Origin: the human T2T-CHM13v2.0 reference genome, Homo sapiens
Direction: 5' to 3' (one strand)
DNA length: 64,000 nt
Assembly (NCBI RefSeq): GCF_009914755.1
Contig: NC_060936.1
In this document: piece after piece, positions 13,850-24,905 of the stretch
How positions within the stretch are numbered: position 1 is the stretch's first letter
How the letters are laid out: each line of letters starts with the position of its first letter
Notes under the pieces: model-generated
What the model saw: the letters and a program-made list of their open reading frames with translations, nothing else
What the model was told of the DNA's origin: nothing
Database searches by the model: none
Position numbers and translations under genes: made by a program

Positions 13850-14050
13850 AATACTTTGGTATATCCCAAATTGACTTTCAAAGAACGCTGGATAAAATTT
13901 TCTTGTAAAAAGGGTATGTTAGTCAAAAAAAGTTTGAGACACACTGGCTTAAAGTCACGCTAAACAAGTTGATGTGCCACAGGATTTCTCAGGATCTTTG
14001 ATATGCAAATGTCCTTGGGAGGCAGAGCTAATCCGCAGTTTGGTAGAAGC
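13850..14050. mobile_element. MER103-like hAT fragment
   Basis: gtcaaaaaaagtttgagacacactggcttaa...aggatttctcaggatctttgatatgcaaatgt resembles MER103C. Confidence 0.45.
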
Positions 14051-15119
14051 TGAGCCCCTTCCCCTCCATCTCACATACAAATGAGGAAGTGTTTTCAAGG
14101 CCTGTTTGCACTGCCAGTGGCTGTCATAGCAAACTAGTAGCGTCCATTGGCTGTCAGGAATTATGCTGTTGGCACTTCCCCAGCCCCGTGACTAGCCTTA
14201 GAGGAAATCAGGACCCCCCTCACCAAAACCAGAGCCCACTCTTAGCCACCTGCCATGGTCTCAGCTGAAGCCATGAGGCACCCCTGCCAGCCAGTTCTTC
14301 ACACCTCTTCTTGGGCCTGCTGTTGACTTCCCTCCTGTCAGCTCCTGGGTTGTACCCTTGGGATGTGCAAAGCTGCAAATCTGACCTGGACGTTAGGTCA
14401 TTGGCCCAGAGGATTCAGAGTTGTGTTCTTTGGTCCTCTGGGATCCAGTAGGGCTTCCTGCTTCACTTTCATCTGCTTTCTCTACCCAGGGTCTGAGAAA
14501 AGTTTCTTTGGCAAAAGCATTTCATTGCCAAAAAGAAAATCTGAAAGCTGCTGATGTAGTTTAACCTCCTTTATTTAACAGTTGAGGCAAATTAAGGCTC
14601 CAAGATGCTGAGACCTGTACAGGATCACACAGCTCCTTGGAAGCAGCTGAGCCAGGACTAGCACCCAGCTCCCTGCTTCCCAGTACTCATGGTCTTTCGG
14701 CTGCATAGCTCTACTTCTCTGCAAAGGGTGCTGGGGCCGAGATTCATGGCCTTTAACTATGGTTCTTAAATGTTACTGTGCCGCAGACCCACCCAGGGCA
14801 CTTTGTAAAAATTACAGAATCATCCATCTTGAAGGGCCAGGGTCTTGGGAAAGTTGCTTCATCTTTTGAGGCTCTAGATGGAGTGTTCTTTCTGCGCTGC
14901 TGAACCTGGAGCACTGAGAAGCTTTTCCTGCTCTCAGGTGCATTTGAATTTGCATGGTCTGTTTTACAGGGCAGGAGGTGCAAATTCCTATTGCTTAAGC
15001 CCACTTACATAACAAACTGGCCACACCTTCAATTCCAAAAGGCAATGCGGCTGCCCACTATTGCAGACTATGAAAAGTAAGGTAGAAACAAACTCTGGGA
15101 GCCACAGAGGCTACTCTTC

Positions 15120-15290
15120 ATGGACTTATTTAAAAGGAAGACCTCTGGCTCTTTCCCCAGAGATTATGATTTAGGAGGTCTGGGGTGGAAGACAAGAATC
15201 TGCATTTTAACCAGCACACCCTCTTCCCACCTCCACCCATGTGGTTTTGATGCAGTTCATCCTTGGACTACACTTGGAGAAATACTGACT
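15120..15290. mobile_element. MER5B-like fragment
   Basis: ccccagagattatgatttaggaggtctggggtgg...gaatctgcattttaaccagcac...ggactacacttggagaaatactg. Confidence 0.7.
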
Positions 15291-15474
15291 TACATAGTAA
15301 AGAACCAAAACTGTGTAATTATAGGAATCACTCAAACACCCACATGCTAGGATATGAGGCTAGAAATTCAGGTTTATGATTGTCCAAGTGGGTTAGAGAA
15401 AGAAGCAAGGCATCTTGATTTTTAATGTGGATAACATGTAGCACAATGATATCATCCTGATAATCTTTTTAAAA

Positions 15475-15884
15475 TTTTTTTTGTTATTGAGATGTATGAA
15501 TATATTATATATTTTGGATATTAACCCCTTATCAGATATATGGCTTGCAAATATTTTCTTACATTTAAATCTTTAATCCATTTTGAGTTGATTTTTGTTT
15601 ATGGTGTGAGATAAGGGTTCAACAGCCAGTTTTCTCAGCACCATTTATTGATGAGACTATCCTTTCTCCATTGTGTATTCTTAGCACCCTTGTCAAAGAT
15701 TAGTTAACCATATATGCATGGGTTTATTTCTATGGTCTCTATTCTGTCATTGGTCTATGTGTCTTGTTTTTGTGCCAGTACCATACCATTTTGATTACTA
15801 TAGCTTTGTAGTACAGTCTGAAATCAGGAAGTGTGATGCCTCCAGCTTCGTTCTTCTTTCTCAAGAGTGCTTTGGCTATTCAGG
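15475..15884 (-). mobile_element. L1 ORF2 3' segment in inverted orientation (5'-inverted part of the adjacent L1MA)
   Basis: Antisense L1 ORF2 motifs: ggatattaaccccttatcagatatatgg, tctttaatccattttgagttgattttt, gccagtaccataccattttgattactatagctttgtagta, gtgtgatgcctccagctt. Confidence 0.9.
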
Positions 15885-16860
15885 CAAATAACCTGATGGA
15901 AAAATGGGCAAAGGACCTGAAAAGACATTTTTCTAAAGAAGACATGCAAATGCCCAACAGGCATATTGAAGGTACTCAACCTTACTGATCACCAGGGAAA
16001 TGCAAATCAAAACCCCACACCTGTCAGAATGGCTATCAAAAAGACAAGCAATGACAAGTATTGATGAGGATATGAAAACAAGGGAATCCTGCAGGGTACA
16101 CTGCCAGTGGGAATGAAAATTGGTACAGCCATTATGGAAAACAACATGGAGGCTCCTCAAAAAAATGAAAATAGAACTAACCATAGGATCCAGAAAGTCC
16201 ACTTCTGGGTGTATATCTAAAGGAAATGAAATCTGTGTTTCTAAGAGATATTTGCACCCCCATGTTCATTGCAGCATTATTCACAATAGCCAAGATATTG
16301 AAACAACCTGAGTGTTAGCTGGCAGATGAATAAAGAAAATGTGATTTTCTATATATAATGGAATATTATTCAGTCTTAAAAAAGAAGGAAATCCTGCCCT
16401 TTGCAACAGTGTGGATGAACCCAGAGGACACTATGCTAAGTGAAATAAACCAGACACAGAGGGATAAACACTGTGTGATCTCAATTGTATGTGGAATCTA
16501 AAAGAGCCCAACTCATAGAAGCAGAGAGTAGAACATGTGTTGCCAGGGCTAAAGGGGCTTGGGGGAAGAGGTAATGGGAGATGGGGAAGGGTTATAAACT
16601 TGGCAATCTAATGTACAGCATGGTGACTGTAATTAAAAATACTATGCTGTATATTTGAAATTTGCTAAGAAAGTAGATCTTAAGGCCTATGACACCACAC
16701 ACACACACATACACACACACACACACACACACAGAGGGAACTGTGTTATTCAGCTCTATTGTGGTAATCATTTCACAGTGTACACATAAATCATCATGTT
16801 GTACACCTTAAATATATACAATTTTTTAATTTGTCAGTTATACCTCAATAAAGCTGGGTA
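15885..16860 (+). mobile_element. L1MA (L1MA9/10-like) ORF2 end plus 3' UTR
   Basis: aaaaatgggcaaaggacctgaaaagacatttttctaaagaagac..., cccatgttcattgcagcattattcacaatagccaagata, ...tatacctcaataaagctgg, with the polyA signal at 16847-16852. Confidence 0.9.
16696..16733. repeat. (CA)n microsatellite within the L1 3' UTR
   Basis: About 19 dinucleotide units with one TA interruption. Confidence 0.95.
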
Positions 16861-17558
16861 AAACTGTAAACTATAGCTATATTTAAACTACAAAACTGTA
16901 AAAATATAAATAAAAGTAAATAAGAAGAAAGTATTAAGCATCGCCTTGCAGGGGGCATTGTGAGTACTGTACTGCATATGCCTGCAGCAATCTGCACAGA
17001 TATGGCCCCTGCCTTCTGGCGACTTACAGTCCAGGAGGGAAGAAATGAGGAAGTGGAGCAGCGAAACACCAAGTAGCAAATGCTGTGGAGGAGACAGCTG
17101 GATCCTAGTCAGCCGGGGAACTGCATGAGTTTCCGAGGTTTCTTAAAGGTCTGTATGGTATCTCTCACCCTCTAGCATTTTCAGCAGGGAGCAGTCTGGT
17201 AACACCCTAGTACTACCTGTAGTCAGAGACCTGGTGGCCTGGAAGTCTATAAGATCTATGTTTAAATCTTTCTGTCTGGTCCGCAGAGCTGCTCAGCTCA
17301 CTGGTTGGCTACGAAGCGGAACACTTGCCATACAAAGCCCTCTGCGATGATTAGCTCATTTAACCCTTTAACAACCCCATCAGATAAGTAGTATTATTAC
17401 ACACAAGGAAACTGAGGTGCTCGGAGAGGCTACATAACTGAACCCAAGTCAGGGACCCCAACTCAGGTTTGTTTGACTCCAGGGCCTACATTCTATTCCC
17501 TTCAGTTCCCTCAACAGGAAAGATGGGGCAACATCCTGTCCTGTCCTCTGCCTCCCAG

Positions 17559-17568
<10 letters not shown>

Positions 17569-17590
<22 letters not shown>
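17569..17590. repeat. (AT)n microsatellite
   Basis: About 11 AT units following an A-run. Confidence 0.9.
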
Positions 17591-18690
17591 GTATGGGAAT
17601 AAAGACTTCTTGATGTGTATCACCAACATATCTAATTTGGTTTTGAATGTGGGGGAGGCAAAATGACATTGACAGATAATAGGACTTACATGAAATTCTG
17701 GTTTGTTTAGAGATGCTATAAAGAGCTTGGCATTGTCGACTCATTTGGAAATTCGACTTCCAAAGGAGCAAATGCAAAGTATTTCTCAAGCCCCAGCCCT
17801 CCATTTTTAGATCTGAAGAGGGAAACAACAAGGTAGGTAACTGAAAGTCTGGAGTTGTTTCTATTTAGTTGTTCCTAAAGGCAGGGGGATGGACTAGAGG
17901 AAACCTGCAAGGGCTTTCGACTCACAGGGTTCTTTCATTCTGTGGGCTCCAGTTCTCTGGGCATGAGAGATGCCAAGGAGCTGGTGTGTTTTGGAGAGCT
18001 CATGCTCTGAAGCACATCAGAAGAACCAATGGTTGCCGCAAGACCCCCTTCCTAATGCAGATGGAGTTTTCTGTGAATCCCGGAAGGTGCACTTGGGTGG
18101 GAGGGAGTTGAGGGGTAGAAAAAGGAAGACAGCCCCTACGTTCAGCAGAACCCAGGGCTGATGTCTGCAACAGCATAAAGTGCCTTCTAGAGTCTAATCC
18201 TGGTCATCCGTGTAGCATCTCTTCTTCTCTAAACCCTCATCCTAGGCTTTCTTTCACGCTTATGGCCACACACAGTGAGGCTTTCCTCTCTGCCCAGAAT
18301 CCACAGGGCATCACCCTTCCTCTGGAGCCAGCTTGGGGCTTTCCTGACGTCAGTAGTTTTGGGGGAAGCCAGTGTCACCTCATCTCTGTCTTGAAGCATA
18401 TTTAACTTTCCCAAATAGCAAACTCTGGCTCTTTGAGCAAATGACTTCCAGATGCTGGAAGCAGCGGCTAGTGGAATTTTATTGCCCCCAAACTGTGGTT
18501 CTGGGCTGCATACTTCTGACATGAAGGTAATTTGGAATGTAAACATTGCAAGACGTGTGCTGGAATTAATTAAAGCAACCCTGTATTCTCTAAGGCCTGC
18601 AAGCCTGCAATTAACTGTTTACATTAACACCAAGCCAAGCAGATCAACCAGAGGATGCAGGGACCCTTGATTTTCACTTTCTCCCTTTAC

Positions 18691-18933
18691 CTTCAGAAAA
18701 CAGTGAAACGGGAACCAAGCTGACCCATTTCCACAGTCCCAACCTGAGAAGAGGCTGCTTAAGCCATCCTCTCTCGCACAGCAAACAGGCGACAGCGTGA
18801 GAAGCCTAACTGGGCATCACGGGGAACCAAGGGCAGGCAGGAACCTCTTCCGCGATATGTCAGACGTCAGAGGCTTCTTTAGCCAGAAATACAAGTGTGC
18901 CCTTAAACACGAATGGCCACATTCATGGTGGGC
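18691..18933 (-). ncRNA. Candidate exon 2 (243 nt) of a minus-strand transcript
   Basis: Minus strand acceptor cggtttttctctgcag|GCCCACCATG... and donor CTGAAG|gtaaag. Non-repeat sequence with several retained CpGs. Confidence 0.35.
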
Positions 18934-19029
18934 CTGCAGAGAAAAACCGTGGCATCTCATACTTGCCTGATAAAACTAGAAACAGCTTTTGAGAATAATT
19001 TTGTAACTTCATCATGGCATTTAAAAGTA

Positions 19030-19166
19030 GCATGAAAGTTTTGGAGCAGGATGGTGATGATGATTGCATAATAACGTGAATATACTTAATGCCACCGAAC
19101 TGTAAACTTAAAAATGGTTAACATAGTAAATTTTGTGTTATGTATATTTTATCCCCCAAATAAAAG
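19030..19166 (+). mobile_element. L1MB 3'-end fragment
   Basis: ggatggtgatgatgattgcataataacgtgaatatacttaatgccaccgaactgtaaacttaaaaatggttaa...tatgtatattttat. Confidence 0.85.
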
Positions 19167-19493
19167 AGCAGGGTGTTCAGACTATAAAGGCTCTTTGGGA
19201 TTATGTAAACTAGGAGAACCCCTGGAATAGTCCTCATTTATTTCCCCCACGTAATACAAGAGGGTGAAGTTCTGGCTTCCTGGGAACAGGCCCACACAAT
19301 GTCAGGATATTTCAGGGCATTTATGTAAAACACCAGAAACCCATGCCCCTGGAGCTGACCAATCCTTCACACCCGCTCCGAGTTTGTTAGAGGGGTGACT
19401 CTTTTGGCAGGGAGCACTGAGAAATGCTGATATGTGGTTGCCTTCACTATTGGCTGTAACTATGAAAAGAGTTGCTGGAGGCTACCTACTTAC

Positions 19494-19592
19494 CCTCTCT
19501 CCCCCAAAGGAGAAAGACTTCAGTATCCTGCAGCGTGGCAGTGGGGCAGGCGTGCGGGTGTGCACATGCGAGCTGTTCTGTTGTTGAGACTC
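19494..19592 (-). ncRNA. Candidate first exon (~100 nt) of a minus-strand transcript
   Basis: Starts ~28-30 nt downstream of a minus-strand TATAAAG and ends in AGG|GTAAGT (plus-strand acttac at 19488-19493). Non-repeat, CpG-retaining. Confidence 0.4.
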
Positions 19593-19720
19593 TAGTTGTT
19601 GCCGGTTCCTCCCTCTTTATATGAAGCAAGGCAACACCCGCAACAAAGCACTGTAATCTCTCCATTGACCATCCTTCTGCCCTCAGATCAACACAAGGGC
19701 CAATTCCATTCCAACAGCAT
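19585..19720 (-). promoter_or_regulatory. Candidate TATA-box core promoter
   Basis: Minus strand CATATAAAGAG (TATAAAG = 19621-19615), with CTAGAGTC start-site-like sequence at 19595-19588. Upstream are Sox-like AACAAAG (19641-19647) and TEAD-like ATTCCATTCC (~19703-19712). Confidence 0.4.
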
Positions 19721-21559
19721 TATACGACTTTGAAAATACTCTTTGTGTCCCGCCAGAACCTCCTCCTCTTCTCTTCAGTTTCTTCCTCATATGACACAGC
19801 TTCCAGACCCTAACCACCCTGGGTGTCTGCTTTGGGTGTACAGTAGTTTTTCAGGATAATGCCCAGAACTAAACCCAATACTAATAGTGGTCTGCTCAGA
19901 GAGGGGTATGGGAATTTTATCATCTGTTCTGTTTTGACTTCCATATGTCCAACATTATCCCCCAATGTTGCATTTCAACCGTCATACCATCCTTTCCTTA
20001 AAAAAGCTTGTGATCATCTGAAGCCTCAGGGATTTTTTTTTTACATGAATGACTGTTGAGCAAGGGCTCCCCAGTCCTGAAATTAGGTAAATTTATTTAA
20101 CTTAAACTCAGAAATTTACTAGAAATCTTATTCATTATGTTAAAATCAGGGCCTTTGATATCCAGATACTGAGTCCTGACTCCCTCACCCACTGTCCTTC
20201 CCTAGCTTTGGGTGTGTCTATGTCTTCATCTGAGTTAGAATTCTATATAGCAGAACTTGATTGAAATGCTGTACAGAATTGGCCTGGGAGTACAGAGACC
20301 ACCTTTTCAGTTTATATCAATCAGAGTCATGTGGGTGTGGTAAGGCCGCCCTGAGTCCACCCAGCCACCACCATCCAGCTTGGGCTTCTCCACTTTGCTC
20401 CCAAGGATTGATGGAGAGTGTGCGAGGACTGGTTAAAGAGATGTATGCTGTGATAGACAGGGCAGGCTAGCAGGGGGATGTGGTGCCTGGCATGTGGCAG
20501 GCATCCACTACATTCTGCGGGCTGAGATGGTCAAGGTCATCCCTAGCCTCCTTGCAGGTGATCATTCAGACTTAACTTCCTCCCCACCCAAAAAGTTGCC
20601 TCAAAACTGCTCACAAAGTGGGGGCTTTGAGTTTAATTTCTCCTGGAGCCCTCTGGTAGGACACGAATCAGCAGGAAACTGGCTTGCAGGTCTTTGGAAA
20701 GAGAAGTAGCCTAAGATTAAGGGCCTAGAAAATCCCCCAGAAAAAAAGAGCATTCCTATAATCAGTGAGGATAAACTAAATGACAGTTTGGGACAACATT
20801 TGGTTTCCTTGGTTCATTTAAAACATTGATTCAGAGATTGGGGACTGGCTTTTCCTGACTTAAAAGCAGTGGAGCCCTTTCCCTCTAATGTGGACACATG
20901 CTGGTTCCCTCCCTGCCTTAGGGAAGGAGTCGGTCAGGTTGGAGCTAAGAGGGCCCGGGAGGGTCTTTCTTGGTGAAGCAGCATTAGCCATTGGTTGAGA
21001 CTGAGGCAGACAGGGTTTTAGCTGAAAAGGCTTTTATCGCTTTTTATCTATTGACACTTTTTCAATTAAGGAGTCTCCCCTGAGATGATCTATCGCCTCC
21101 CTGTCTGAGCAGGAAATAATTACCAGCAAAGCAGCTCCATCACCTGCCGCATGTTTTCCCATGGCCAGGGAGGCTCAGGAAAATATCAACAGCCTGCCTG
21201 CTGCTGGCGGTGCCTATGTGGGCACAGGGCACACGGCCTTTCCAGATGGCCCAGCCCTTTCCTCTGTCTTATCCTCCCCCCCACTTCTTATTCCCTTTGA
21301 CCAAGGTTTTTATATTATACCCTGTCACCATCAGGGAATCTAGCCACGTCACCTTCTCTCCTGGGCACCTGCTCTTCTGAGGAGCTTGCAGCCTTCTAGG
21401 CTGGGTCCATGCCTCCTCTTGTTCCAGGGCCCCCTATACTGCTCATATATTCAGATGCCCAGGGACATGTTCCAGCGGAGGCTACCCAGGATAACATTTC
21501 TATCTCACTGAGGTTTTTTTGGAGCCTTCAAAATTCCATGATCTGATATTTTAAAGTAA

Positions 21560-22130
21560 AAGCTTTAAATATAAATGTCATTGAGGTACAGCACACAGAC
21601 GGCAAAATGCAAACATTGTGAGTGCACAGCATGAATTCTCACCTCGTGCACACGGCTGTGTCGCCAGCACCTGGGTCAAGACACAGAACGTTACTCACAC
21701 CTCTCGTGCCCCAACTAGTCACTGCCTCCCTTCCCCAGGAACCACTGCCCTGACTCCTAAATGGCATAGATCCATTTCCCCTCTTGTTGTACTTGATATA
21801 AACTCATGAAGTCTATATTTTTGTCTAGATTTCTTGACTCAGAATCATGTTCATGAGATTCATCCATGCCTGTAGTTTTAAAGTTGTTCATGTTCATCGG
21901 TGTATAGTGTTCCATTGTTCATGTTCATCAGTGTATAGTGTTCCATTGTACAAGTGTGCCACGGTGTTTCTACCCATTCTGTCATTGATGGATATTTTCT
22001 GTCTTTTTTTAATGGAGAACATATGCATGTACTTTAATTACCTGTAATGCCTAGGAGTAGAATTGCTGGGTTGTAGGGTGTGTGCCTATGTTTAGCTCAA
22101 TTATTGCCAGTTTTACAAAGTGGTTTTGCA
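21560..22130 (-). mobile_element. Old L1 (L1ME-like) 3' fragment
   Basis: cattgaggtaca...aaaatgcaaaca...cagcacctgggtcaagacacagaacg...tcatgagattcatccatg...cctaggagtagaattgctgggttgtagggt...ttttacaaagtggtt. Confidence 0.8.
21884..21949. repeat. 31-bp tandem duplication
   Basis: ttgttcatgttcatcRgtgtatagtgttcca x2 (21884-21914, 21915-21945), single G/A difference. Confidence 0.95.
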
Positions 22131-23434
22131 ACTGAGAAGTTTTTTCAATGTAGAAAATGTGAGAACATTTATCTCCTCAGCCCCTGCCGACTTGCCTTTA
22201 TGAAAGAAAACACAGAGGTGGGGACTTGTGCAAGGTGAGGACTGCTATTTCTTGATTCCTGGCCTAGTTGCCTTTCTATTAGCCTGCAAGGAACCTCTCT
22301 TTTGACGGACATGAGAGAAAAGGACGCGTCCTCCTCTCTCCCGGGTCACACTTTCCCCCAACCCATTCTATAGCTCATATAATTTTCCACAAAGTGCCTT
22401 ATTTGAACTTCAAATCTTCAAGGCCAGATGAGCACCACAGACGTGGCCTTTTCTTGTTTATCCAGAGGGTTTGGGGAAGCACAGCTCCCTGACATTCATT
22501 GATGGATATCATCTGCAACCGTCTGCTTTCCTTTTGTGCCAACAATCTGGGCACGAGAGAGAGATGAGTGTTTGCTTGAGATTGAATTTATGACAACACG
22601 GAACCAGCCTCCATCAGCTAGACTGATGAATGCCTGGGTGAACATGCCACAGTTTGTGTTTTTTCCCCTTCTAGTCGCCACCTTTCTTGATTAGGAAGCT
22701 GTGTTGTCAGTGTGCTGACTTATTAGGGAGAAGAATGGGCTCTAGCAGGCCTTTAACCATCACAGTTCTCATTCAGGAAAGAAACGAAGGCAGGTGTTGT
22801 ACGCCCCGTGCCTCCCACAGAGTCCCGCAAGCTGTGAGTGTCCTCAAACCATCCATCCATCCTCCCTTGAAGGGCTTGGGGGAAGGGGTGTAAAAGGGAA
22901 GAAAAAACCCTATTAATTGTACGCACATTAAGTTCTAGGCACTATTTTAGGTGCGTGTGTACAATTTCCGGAGCAAATGAGTGAATGAATGATTAGTTTT
23001 AAAATACAATTAAGAGTTTTGCTGGCTTCCCCAGAACAGAAATTTTCTGAGACTTTTCCTAGATCACTTTTAGCAGTAAGAGTGCCCTAAGAATAATGGC
23101 TTTTTGGTCAAAGTCTCTTAATGTCACTGAAGCTTGGGAACATGTTCTCATCGGGCAAGAGAACAACAACAGAAAGGAACTGCATTCCAGTTCCTTGTGT
23201 ATAAAGGTGCTCCTGACCTCTTTGGCCCCAACTCTAAGGGTAAGAATAACCATAAGTTATTGCCAGAGGGCAGCACCTTCATGGACAGAGAGCAGGTGTT
23301 TGAGGGTCCCATGCTCCACCCAGGAAGCTGCTGGCTCCACTAAGAGAATGGGCTTTGGGCCTGTTCAGTTTCTACCAATGTGGGGCAGGCCCCCAAAGCT
23401 GAACATAGATGGAGACACAGAAGGGCAGAACAGT

Positions 23435-23640
23435 TAAAAATTTAATTCCACCTTTGCCATCTCTTATCTGTATGGTCTTGAGAAAGTGCCTGTGTTTCTG
23501 TGAGACCTTGGTTTCCACATCTGTAAAATGGGGAGAATCATACCTACCTTATTGGGTTGTTATGAGGATTAAATCAGTCAGTGTATGTAATGTGCAGGGC
23601 ATGTGGTAAACGTTCAAGAGTGTAGGCTTTTTGTTATTGG
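23435..23640 (+). mobile_element. MIR
   Basis: ccttggtttccacatctgtaaaatggggagaatcatacctaccttattgggttgttatgaggattaaat. Confidence 0.8.
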
Positions 23641-24204
23641 AGAAAACATTTGTCAGGTATCTACTGTATGCAGACAGAGGCCAGACATGCCTTCAGGTAC
23701 CTGCTTCATGCACAGCTGAAGCTGACACATAGTGCTCAGTTAGTTACTTGAGACTTTGCTTTAGCTGACAAGGAAAGCCCTTGGTCATCCTGTATACCGT
23801 GCCAGGCTTGGTCTCATGAATAGGTGGAATAGCATGTATATGGTCACTGAGTTTCAGTGGAGACCCCAATGGCCAAAAAGAGAAATCCCACCTTTCTTGT
23901 TGATGCCCAAACACCATGAACTCATTAGTTCACCAACAGAAAACTCCCAAGTATCTGCTGAAGTTAGGGCTTGTGCTGGCAGCCTGCGTGACTGTGCGGG
24001 TGTGTCCTATGAAGAGCTGATTTGCAGTGGAGACCCATGTGCACAGGCACAAAAAGATGGCCAGGGACCTCGGGGAGAATGCGGACACTACCGGCTGACT
24101 GCTGGTGAGACTTGGACTGAATGAGAATACTCATGCCAAGCACCCAGCATAGTGCCTGAAACATAAAAGGAAATTATCTCAGACCTACTAGGATTTTCTT
24201 ATTA

Positions 24205-24905
24205 AACAAAACAAAACAGAAAGCAGAAAACAAGTGGTGGCATGGATGTGGACAGATTGGAACCGTTGGGCATTGCTAGTGGGAATATAAAATTGTATCA
24301 TTTAGAAAAATGGTGTGGTGTTTCCTTAAAAAATTACAAATATAATTCTCATACCATCTAACAATTCCACTTTTGGGTATGCACCCTAAAGAATTGAAAG
24401 CAGGGCCTCAAAGAGATATTCGCACACCCATGTTCGTGGTAGCATCACTCACAAAAGCCAAAACGTGAGAGAAACCCAAGTGTCCTTGGACAGATGAATG
24501 GATAAGCAAAATGTGAAATGTGATTGCAAGCTTTAAAAAGGAATGAAATTCTGATCCATGCTGCAACATGGATGAACCTCGAGGACATGACGCGAAGAGA
24601 AATTAGCCAGTCACAAAAGACAAATTCTGCATGACTCTATTTGTATGAAGTGCCTAGAGTAATGGAATTTATAGAGATGGGAAGCAGGATGACGGTTTTC
24701 AGGGGCTGAAGGGAGTGGGGAATGGGGAGCTATTGAAGGAGTACAGAGTTTCAGTTTTGCAAGATGAAAAGCCTTCTGGAGATCAGTTGCAGAGCAATTT
24801 GAGTGTATATAACACTCCTGAACCACATACTTATACATGGTTAAGATGGCAAATTTTAATGTATTTTCCCACAATTTTTAAAAATAATTAAAAATTTAAA
24901 AACAC
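24205..24905 (+). mobile_element. L1MB 3' fragment (ORF2 end plus 3' UTR)
   Basis: aaagaattgaaagcaggg, cacacccatgttc, acagatgaatggataagcaaaatgtg, caacatggatgaacctcgaggaca, gtacagagtttcagttttgcaagatgaaaag, and an A-rich tail. Confidence 0.9.

Noticed and set aside
17811-17832. Plus-strand 22-nt microexon-like unit (tttttag|...AAG|gtaggt)
   Set aside because: Appears to lie in MIR3-like sequence, is not frame-preserving, and has no supporting plus-strand gene.
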